DNA from: Candidatus Caldarchaeum sp.
GTDB taxonomy: Archaea; Thermoproteota; Nitrososphaeria_A; Caldarchaeales; Caldarchaeaceae
DNA: 64,000 bases
Direction of reading: 5' to 3'
NCBI GenBank assembly: GCA_038844785.1
Contig: JAWBRA010000004.1
Coordinates: forward strand, 1,496-65,495
Of this stretch, positions 57,661 through 64,000 are shown piece by piece. The stretch's first letter is position 1; each line of letters opens with the position of its first letter. The notes under the pieces were generated by a model that saw nothing but the letters and a program-made list of their open reading frames with translations, was not told the origin of the DNA and ran no database searches. The translations under genes were made by a program, and so were the position numbers.

Positions 57661-58023
57661 GTGGTCGAGATAGTATACAGCCCCGTCAAAGCCATAGTCA
57701 TACTGGAGTATATCAAGTACTCGACGGCTGAGGAGCTTATCAGAAACCTGTTGCTTCCGCCAGGCCAGCCCGCTGTCCTCTACTGGGCTGAAGGCGTTGT
57801 CTTTTTCCCGATACCTCTGGCTGCCAACAACACGAAAGTTGTTGAGGAGCTGATGAACGGCCGGATTTACTGGATGAGCGTCTCATTCGCTCCTATGACC
57901 GCTTATACTCCTATGTTGAGCGCTGAGAAAGGCCCTGAGGCGATGGTTATCAACGTCTCCCGCAGCCAAACTCTTTCACAAGTGGCCAAATGGCTTAAAG
58001 AACGGTTACAAGCTGGTTCTTAG
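57661..58023 (+). CDS. hypothetical protein (about 120 aa, GTG start) filling the 400-bp gap between two minus-strand genes
   Basis: Protein-like translation (…AVLYWAEGVVFFPIPL…RIYWMSVSF…). The GTG at 57661 sits 25 nt from the TATA centre. The listed 57607 start abuts the acyl-CoA synthetase start and is unlikely. Confidence 0.3.
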   Translation: MVEIVYSPVKAIVILEYIKYSTAEELIRNLLLPPGQPAVLYWAEGVVFFPIPLAANNTKVVEELMNGRIYWMSVSFAPMTAYTPMLSAEKGPEAMVINVSRSQTLSQVAKWLKERLQAGS

Positions 58024-58788
58024 GTCTAGGACCCAGTGCCACAGCTTCGGAGAATAGGATTTGACAGCCCGTTTGCCTTCCAGCTCCAGTTTAAAACCCT
58101 GCTCGTCTGCTATCGCCTTACAGCGTTCGTAAAGATCTTTCCATCCGTCAACTGGTTTAGCCAGCTCGTGGAAATGTATGTGACCGCCCTCAACCTTAAC
58201 AATCTTTAAAGCCGTCGGAAAACAGTCCAAAGTGCCGGGAAAATATCCCATTACAACCCTGTTGGCTGAAGCCTCTAAACCGTAGGAAGGAGCCTTCCTG
58301 CAGTCGTCCAGGAAAGCCGTCACCTTACGCTCCACTTTGTTGAGCTTGAGGTTTTCAATGAGGTATCTGTATGCTTCGGGGTTTATCTCGAATGCGTAAA
58401 CCTTTTCGGCCTGAGACTTGGCCAGTGGTATGGTGAACTGGCCGACTCCGGCGAACATGTCTACTATAACCTCTCCTCGCCGAGGCAGGCTTCTCATCCT
58501 TCTTCTCTCAAAGCTGTTTCCCAGGGAAAACATCAGCTTTTGGACGTCGAGCTTGTAGACGATGCCGTTTTCACGGTGGAGTGTCTCCGTCACAGGCAAT
58601 CCAGCCAAAACCCTTGTTCTAGGAACCCTGTGAACCCCTTCTACCCCCTCAATCAAAACCACGGTTTTTACCCTGCTGTTCTCTCTTAGAAGTTTCTGAG
58701 CTACTTCCTCCACACTGTCCTTAAACCCCAGAGGGATACGCATCAGAGCAACATGTCCTAAATATTTGACGCTCGGCCTCGACAGCAC
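58006..58788 (-). CDS. Met-10+/Trm5-Taw2 family tRNA methyltransferase (m1G37 or wyosine-pathway Taw2)
   Basis: IVDMFAGVGQFTIPLA SAM motif and NLKLN motif region; 260 aa. Confidence 0.55.
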   Translation of the reverse strand: MLSRPSVKYLGHVALMRIPLGFKDSVEEVAQKLLRENSRVKTVVLIEGVEGVHRVPRTRVLAGLPVTETLHRENGIVYKLDVQKLMFSLGNSFERRRMRSLPRRGEVIVDMFAGVGQFTIPLAKSQAEKVYAFEINPEAYRYLIENLKLNKVERKVTAFLDDCRKAPSYGLEASANRVVMGYFPGTLDCFPTALKIVKVEGGHIHFHELAKPVDGWKDLYERCKAIADEQGFKLELEGKRAVKSYSPKLWHWVLDLRTSL

Positions 58789-58858
58789 GGCTTCCCGGAA
58801 TAAGTTTACGGCAGACAGGTTTTAAGCCTTAATAGATAAAGACAGTTAAGGAAAGCCC

Positions 58859-59239
58859 GTGAGCGAGGAGAAGAAAAAGAAACCTGAAAAGAAGAAGGCA
58901 CCTGAGAAGAAGGAGGAGACAGCTCAAAAAGGGGTTTTAGGCGTGTCCACTCCCTCGTTGGACGAGGTGACCGATTTCCTCAAGGGTGTGAAGGTTGTTA
59001 CACCTTCTCTTTTTGCGGAGAGGTTCAAGACCAGGGTTTCCGTAGCCAAATCGATTTTACGCGACCTCGTCTCCAAAGGCCTGTTACGGGAGGTAGTGGG
59101 CGTCAACAGGATACGGGTTTATGAGCCGTTGGTAAAGGTGCAGGCCACAGCTTCGGGGCCGAAAGTGGTGGAAGCGGAAGTTAAGCCGAAGAAGGCTAAG
59201 AAGTCTTCAAAACAAACCGCATCCGAGACCCAACCCTAG
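58859..59239 (+). CDS. rps25e: 30S ribosomal protein S25e (eS25)
   Basis: Lys-rich N-terminus and VVTPSLFAERFKTRVSVAKSILRDLVSKGLL wHTH typical of S25e. Confidence 0.65.
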   Translation: MSEEKKKKPEKKKAPEKKEETAQKGVLGVSTPSLDEVTDFLKGVKVVTPSLFAERFKTRVSVAKSILRDLVSKGLLREVVGVNRIRVYEPLVKVQATASGPKVVEAEVKPKKAKKSSKQTASETQP

Positions 59240-59570
59240 CTTTCTCCAAAACAACATGCCCAGCGCCTACGGAGCCAATTTTCAAGGTTTGAGCCCTCGG
59301 CACATGTTCTCTCAACGATACGCCGACGACTCTCTCAGGGGGCCAGTAGAATATGTCTCCAGCGGAGAGCTTGGGTGTTGATTTTTCAACACCCCGCTGC
59401 ATGTCTGTTACTATGTAGACCGCATTATCCCAACGTGCCACAAACCCCTCCAAAGGCATTCGCTTAACAATCTCAGCAACAGTCAAGGGTGCTGAAAACC
59501 TGTGGAGCTCGCCTTCAACTGGTTCGAGGCCCTCAACCTGTACAATTATTGGAATGCGTGCGGCTGTCAT
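59196..59570 (-). CDS. hypothetical protein, possibly cyclophilin-like fold family; coupled by ATGA to apgM
   Basis: ORF only; weak recollection of family. Confidence 0.3.
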   Translation of the reverse strand: MTAARIPIIVQVEGLEPVEGELHRFSAPLTVAEIVKRMPLEGFVARWDNAVYIVTDMQRGVEKSTPKLSAGDIFYWPPERVVGVSLREHVPRAQTLKIGSVGAGHVVLEKARVGSRMRFVLKTS

Positions 59571-60799
59571 TCGCCGAACATCTCAAGGACCCCGAGGTAG
59601 TTGGCTATGATAGGCATTAGGTCGACGCCCCGTATCCTTCCAAGCCCGCCTTGCGAGCATGAGATTTCGTCAAACATATTGACCATGTCCCCCCTCACTT
59701 CAGTCCCCCACACAAGCAGCGGAACCGGGTCTCCTCGATGGTCTCCAATCTCCGAGGGAGTGGTATGGTCTCCGGTCACGCTTAAGTATGTGTTTGACGG
59801 TATGCGGTCGACCAAAGCCTCTAACGCCCCCGCTATCTTCTCTATCATTCTGACTTTTTCCAACGGCTTCCTATCATGGCTAACTGTGTCCGTGGCTTTG
59901 ACGTGGAGGAGGACGAACTCATGGGTTTTGAGGGCTTGTAGGGTGGCTTCAACCTTTCCCACGAGGTTTGTGTTAACAGTCCCCGTAGCCCCCTCTACTT
60001 CTACAACGTTGAAGCCAGCAGCCTTACAAACCCCTTTGTAAAGAGCTCCCCCCGCCACCACGGCAGCATTCAATCCATACTTTTCCTTGAAGCTGGGAAT
60101 CTTCGGCAGAACGCCTGCGCCGCGGGTGAGCAGAAAGTTGGCTGGATGCAGCCCCTTCTTCAACCTCGCCAGGTTGACTGGATTGGCTGAGAGCACATCC
60201 TTGCTCCATGCCAGAAACTTCGCTAAAACCTCTGCAGTAAAACGTGCTTCTTTGCTTCCGTCCAACGGCCTAGGCATCTGCACGGGGACACCGTTTTGAT
60301 GCGGGTCGACGTTGGAGACTTTGTGCGAGAGGCCATCGCCCCTCATGACAAGCACGCCCCTGTGCTCTACTGTGTGTTTGATGAAGATCTCCACACCGTC
60401 TATGGTTGTTTTTCCGATTTCCTCAGCCAGCTGACGCCCTTCCTCTGTAGATATCCTTCCCGCTCGACGGTCTATAAGCACGTTGTTCTGGCTGACTGTT
60501 CCGAAGTTGCATCGAAAAGCCACGTCGTTCTCCTTTAATTCAAAACCAGCTCCCAAAGCCTCGAAAGGCCCACGGCCAGTATAGTAGCGGTATGGGTCAT
60601 ATCCTAATAGTGCTAAGTGTCCCGTGTCGCTTCCGTTGGGAACGCCGGGGGAGACTACGTCGACCAGCCCTGTCTCCCCCTCAGCCGCCAGCCTGTCGAA
60701 CAACTTTGCCCGAGCAGTTTGAAGAGGGGTTAAGCCATTTAAAGCCTTGCAACGCCTGTCTCCCAGCCCGTCCAAAACAATCAAAACAGCGTTCATCAC
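59567..60799 (-). CDS. apgM: 2,3-bisphosphoglycerate-independent phosphoglycerate mutase, archaeal type
   Basis: MMNAVLIVLDGLGDR N-terminus; metal-binding Asp/His/Ser pattern typical of ApgM; 410 aa. Confidence 0.8.
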   Translation of the reverse strand: MMNAVLIVLDGLGDRRCKALNGLTPLQTARAKLFDRLAAEGETGLVDVVSPGVPNGSDTGHLALLGYDPYRYYTGRGPFEALGAGFELKENDVAFRCNFGTVSQNNVLIDRRAGRISTEEGRQLAEEIGKTTIDGVEIFIKHTVEHRGVLVMRGDGLSHKVSNVDPHQNGVPVQMPRPLDGSKEARFTAEVLAKFLAWSKDVLSANPVNLARLKKGLHPANFLLTRGAGVLPKIPSFKEKYGLNAAVVAGGALYKGVCKAAGFNVVEVEGATGTVNTNLVGKVEATLQALKTHEFVLLHVKATDTVSHDRKPLEKVRMIEKIAGALEALVDRIPSNTYLSVTGDHTTPSEIGDHRGDPVPLLVWGTEVRGDMVNMFDEISCSQGGLGRIRGVDLMPIIANYLGVLEMFGE

Positions 60800-60869
60800 C
60801 TCAGTCCCAGTAGAGCCCGCTATTAGTTTTTATAAGCCGCAGTAAAATGTTGTAAATAGGGTTGAAGCG

Positions 60870-61838
60870 TTGACAATAAAGGAAACCCGTTACACATACC
60901 TTGAGGAACTTCCCGGCGTAAGCAAGGCTTTAGCGGACAAGCTGAGGGAGATGGGATATACAACGGTCGAATCCGTCGCCACAGCCACGGTAGCCGAGCT
61001 GATGGCGGTAGGTTTTGACGAAAAGCATGCATCACAGGTCATTGCAGCCGCAAGAGAAGGCATCGAAATCTCATGGGTTACTGCGAAAGAGCTCGCTGAA
61101 GTCAAAACATCGATAGGCCGTGTGACTACAGGAAGTAGCAGGCTTGACATGCTACTGGGAGGCGGAGTAGAGACTCAGGCTATTACAGAGTTCTTCGGCG
61201 AGTTCGGAACGGGCAAGTCTCAGATATGCCATCAGCTGGCAGTCAACGTCCAGCTGCCTGTCAGGAGAGGAGGGCTGGACGGAGCCGCCTTATACATAGA
61301 CACCGAAAACACTTTCAGACCCGAGAGAATAGTTGCGATGGCGAGAAACGTGGGGCTGGACCCAGACGAGGCTATGGAACGTATAATCTACTCTGAGGCA
61401 TACACAAGCGACCATCAAATGCTCCTCCTCGAGAAAGCGGACAAGGTGATAAAGGAGAAGAACGTCAGGCTTATAATAGTTGATTCTCTTACATCGCATT
61501 TTAGAAGCGAATACTTGGGCAGGCAGCTGCTTCCCGAGAGGCAGCAGAAGCTCAACAAACACATGCATAAGCTGGTCAGGCTTGCGAGAGCCTTCAACGC
61601 AGCCGCCGTAGTAACAAATCAGGTCATGGCCAAGCCAGACGATATATTCAGCACATCCGCCGTCTTCCCCGTAGGCGGGCACATAGTAGGTCACACCAGC
61701 CACAACAGGGTTTTGCTTAGGAGGGTAGCTGGAAGAGCCATAAGGATAGCGAGGCTCGTCTCAAGCCCATACCTACCCGAGGGGGAAGCAGTTTTCAAAA
61801 TAACTGAAAACGGAGTGGAGGATGTAGAGGATGGCTAG
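60870..61838 (+). CDS. radA: DNA repair and recombination protein RadA
   Basis: N-terminal HhH domain, GEFGTGKSQ Walker A, Walker B IIVDS. Confidence 0.9.
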   Translation: MTIKETRYTYLEELPGVSKALADKLREMGYTTVESVATATVAELMAVGFDEKHASQVIAAAREGIEISWVTAKELAEVKTSIGRVTTGSSRLDMLLGGGVETQAITEFFGEFGTGKSQICHQLAVNVQLPVRRGGLDGAALYIDTENTFRPERIVAMARNVGLDPDEAMERIIYSEAYTSDHQMLLLEKADKVIKEKNVRLIIVDSLTSHFRSEYLGRQLLPERQQKLNKHMHKLVRLARAFNAAAVVTNQVMAKPDDIFSTSAVFPVGGHIVGHTSHNRVLLRRVAGRAIRIARLVSSPYLPEGEAVFKITENGVEDVEDG

Positions 61839-61840
61839 AG

Positions 61841-62203
61841 GTGTTTGAGATGTCGCCGAAAGAGGTTGCTGGGTTTCTCGAGCAGCTTTTCAAAAACAAG
61901 TTCGCCGAAGCGGAGCGGATGCTGCAGCAGCTCGAGGAAAAATATCCAGAAGAGAAGAGGTACATCCACGCACTCAAAGGCATATACCATTCCTATTCGG
62001 GTGAGGACCACGACTCACTAATCTACATGCTCTACTTGAATGAGGAGATTAGGAAACGGAGGCGTGAAATAATCGGCCACTTGGAAAAGCTTTCAAAGCT
62101 GTTGGGAAAGGAGGATAGATATTTTACCGCATGGAGAGACGTTATACAGCTTTCAGACAAGCTTCCAAAACCCGCGAAAGCTTCACCTACATCAGAAGGT
62201 TGA
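61841..62203 (+). CDS. hypothetical helical protein immediately downstream of radA
   Basis: ORF; 3-nt spacing from the radA stop. Confidence 0.3.
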   Translation: MFEMSPKEVAGFLEQLFKNKFAEAERMLQQLEEKYPEEKRYIHALKGIYHSYSGEDHDSLIYMLYLNEEIRKRRREIIGHLEKLSKLLGKEDRYFTAWRDVIQLSDKLPKPAKASPTSEG

Positions 62204-62486
62204 AGAAAACAATCCATGAAAGAAGGTAGACGCCAGCATATCCTCCAGCCCCGTTCACGTATGATTGCCGTCTACGGACCCGCATGCCACCTGCCCTCCA
62301 CAAAACTTCAGCCAAAACCATGTACAGCAAGCAGGCTGAGAACAAGAGTAGGTAGGTGTACAGCGGGGTTTTAAACAGGGCTACGGCGTAGGCGGACAAG
62401 TATCCGTAGACCGCAGCCGTCAAAACCTTTATCCAGTAAACGTAGTCGAAACCCAAAACTATCCGTTGTTCTGCCTTCAAAACCAT
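62187..62486 (-). CDS. small membrane protein (3 TM), hypothetical
   Basis: Hydrophobic translation. Confidence 0.3.
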   Translation of the reverse strand: MVLKAEQRIVLGFDYVYWIKVLTAAVYGYLSAYAVALFKTPLYTYLLLFSACLLYMVLAEVLWRAGGMRVRRRQSYVNGAGGYAGVYLLSWIVFFNLLM

Positions 62487-62543
62487 GAATTAAATCTTGG
62501 CTGAACCGAGGTTTTAATCCAACCATGCCCTAGTTTGTCTGGG

Positions 62544-64000
62544 ATGGTGCAGCTGAGCTCGGCGGAGATAGCCGTGCTGGTTAAGGAGATAGGCCCGATA
62601 GTTAGGCAGTCTTTTGTGAAGAACGTTTATGGAGTGGGCTCTAATTCCTTGGCGCTCAAGCTTTCCAAGCCTGGCTTCGGTACCTTCGAGCTCTGTCTTG
62701 CCGCCGGCTCGGCTTTCTACTACACCGATAAAACCCTGCCCAAGCCCGAAAAGCCCAGCGACCAAATAGCTCGGCTGAGGAAGCTGATAACGGGGCTAAA
62801 AATAACGGAGCTGGTGCAAAAAGGCTCTGAAAGAATAGTAGAGTTACGGTTTGAGAAAAACAATCTTTACCTCGTGGTTGAGCTGATGCCTCCGGGCAAC
62901 ATAGTTTTGTTGAAGGATGGGCTGGTTGTCTGGGCTTTGGAGTTTTATGAAAAGGCTTCTAGGACGGTTAAAAGAGGAGTTGAATACAAGCCTCCCGCTG
63001 AAAAGTTCTCTGCCCTGCCTGGGGTCCTTCCGAAAAACTTTTTCAGCATGCTGAACCCAGGCTCCCCCATCGTCGCCTCCCTGTCAAGAGACCTTGGACT
63101 AGGCGGCAAGTATGCCCAGGAAGTGCTTTTCCGAGCAGGCGTAGACAAACAAGCTAAGACCTCCTCGCTCACGGATGAGGAGAGGCAGAAAATCTCCGAC
63201 GCTTTGTCAGCTGTTTTGACCGAGGTTGAATCGCCTAAGCCAGCCGTCTACTATGTCGGTGATGAAGCGGTCCCATCCGTCATAGAACTGAAGTCTCTGG
63301 CTGACGCCAAACACGTCAGTACAAACATTTTCAGCGAAGCCGTGATGACAGCCCATCTTCATGATATGGCCGAACAAGAGAGGAAACTTTTAAGCAAACA
63401 AATAATCGAGAAAATAAAGAATCTCGAGAAAGAAAAGAACGACAGACTCTATGTTGTGAAAACCCTATCGGAAAAGATGAAAGTCCTGGAAAATTTTATT
63501 GAGAAAATACGTTCTGCATCCCACCTACTCGAGGATGTTTGGACAGATCCTGAGAAAAAGGCCGCAGCTATAGCGGAGGCGGCAGGATGCAAAGCAGTTG
63601 TGAAACAGGATCTTTTACAGCTGGAGATGGGGGAGGCAAAGCTGACCCTTAGGAAAGGCGAGCCACTCCACCGACAGCTGGGTAAGCTTTTTGACGAGAT
63701 GAAAGCTTTGAGGAAAACGGTCGCTAAGCTGCAGAACGAGGTTGAACAGCTAGAAACTAGGATTAAACAAGCTGAAGCGGAGAAGCAGGCTTTAGCCGCT
63801 TTGGTAACTGTGAGAAAGCCTGAGGCAAGAAAACCGAGAAAACCTTTCATGGAGTTCAGGACATCGGGCGGTTTCACCGTCATGTTGGGCAGAGACGCTA
63901 GCTCTAACGTTCTTCTTCTCAGAAAACACCTGTCAGACGATGATTTGGTGCTACATGCCGATATCCCAGGTTCGCCAGCAACCATATTGAAAAATGGAGC
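62544..64000 (+). CDS. 3'-partial NFACT-family protein (archaeal RqcH/Tae2/FbpA-like; NFACT-N, coiled coil, NFACT-R/DUF814)
   Basis: Continuous open frame from ATG 62544 to the window end (about 485 aa) that is absent from the ORF track. N-terminus MVQLSSAEIAVLVKEIGPIV...; C-terminal FMEFRTSGGFTVMLGRDASSN...LVLHADIPGSPATIL resembles DUF814. The antisense ORFs 62945..63172 and 63449..63985 are rejected. Confidence 0.65.
   Translation, partial: MVQLSSAEIAVLVKEIGPIVRQSFVKNVYGVGSNSLALKLSKPGFGTFELCLAAGSAFYYTDKTLPKPEKPSDQIARLRKLITGLKITELVQKGSERIVELRFEKNNLYLVVELMPPGNIVLLKDGLVVWALEFYEKASRTVKRGVEYKPPAEKFSALPGVLPKNFFSMLNPGSPIVASLSRDLGLGGKYAQEVLFRAGVDKQAKTSSLTDEERQKISDALSAVLTEVESPKPAVYYVGDEAVPSVIELKSLADAKHVSTNIFSEAVMTAHLHDMAEQERKLLSKQIIEKIKNLEKEKNDRLYVVKTLSEKMKVLENFIEKIRSASHLLEDVWTDPEKKAAAIAEAAGCKAVVKQDLLQLEMGEAKLTLRKGEPLHRQLGKLFDEMKALRKTVAKLQNEVEQLETRIKQAEAEKQALAALVTVRKPEARKPRKPFMEFRTSGGFTVMLGRDASSNVLLLRKHLSDDDLVLHADIPGSPATILKNG

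Noticed and set aside
57609-57716. Long start (57716) for the acyl-CoA synthetase and the 57607 start for the plus-strand ORF
   Set aside because: The extra 36 residues are not part of AMP-binding enzyme N-termini. The two starts would abut head-to-head with no promoter space. TATA spacing supports 57608 (-) and GTG 57661 (+).
62945-63985. Minus-strand ORFs 62945..63172 and 63449..63985
   Set aside because: Antisense to the continuous NFACT-like plus-strand frame; low-complexity Ser/Ala-rich translations

Overview
The window looks like a compact archaeal chromosome segment. Supporting gene content: class I LysRS, archaeal ApgM, G1P dehydrogenase, geranylgeranyl reductase, RadA, Hjc, S25e, a two-subunit 2-oxoacid:ferredoxin oxidoreductase, and class III signal-peptide pilins. 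This fits a Crenarchaeota/Thermoproteales-like organism at roughly 50-55% GC. Most of the window is closely packed housekeeping genes on both strands, many with 4-nt ATGA overlaps and TATA boxes 25-30 nt upstream of leaderless starts. The most distinctive part is an accessory-looking region at about 2.0-10.0 kb. It holds three pilin-like genes with class III (prepilin) signal peptides. It also holds a gene with a 14-aa tandem coiled-coil repeat fused to a putative PD-(D/E)xK domain. Next comes a small IS6-family deletion derivative with perfect 16-bp inverted repeats and an 8-bp target duplication, inserted into a truncated paralogous copy of a FlaJ/TadC-like membrane-protein gene. The intact FlaJ/TadC-like gene follows, then a zinc-ribbon/winged-helix protein, then a PilB/FlaI-family ATPase carrying an unusual N-terminal hydrophobic extension. 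Together this is an archaeal type IV pilus (Ups/Aap-like) assembly locus. Other notable items follow. A degraded 1.5-kb region (12.2-13.7 kb) contains a two-copy 25-bp repeat with a 38-bp spacer, a nested hairpin, and a frameshifted glycosyltransferase remnant. Two further genes are split by single frameshifts, a DsrE-like gene and citrate synthase. This may indicate gene decay or sequence errors. A MoaE/MoaD/MoaB/MoaC cluster lies beside ribosomal proteins S4 and S11. An operon-like block encodes a long coiled-coil zinc-ribbon protein, a small WH-like protein, Hjc and an Lrp regulator. One palindromic TATA element appears to drive two divergent leaderless genes. Two genes run off the window edges and are not fully captured by the ORF track: a 5' partial surface protein at bases 3-857 and a 3' partial NFACT/RqcH-like gene from 62544. 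All calls rest on reading the translations and remembered family motifs; no database searches were run.
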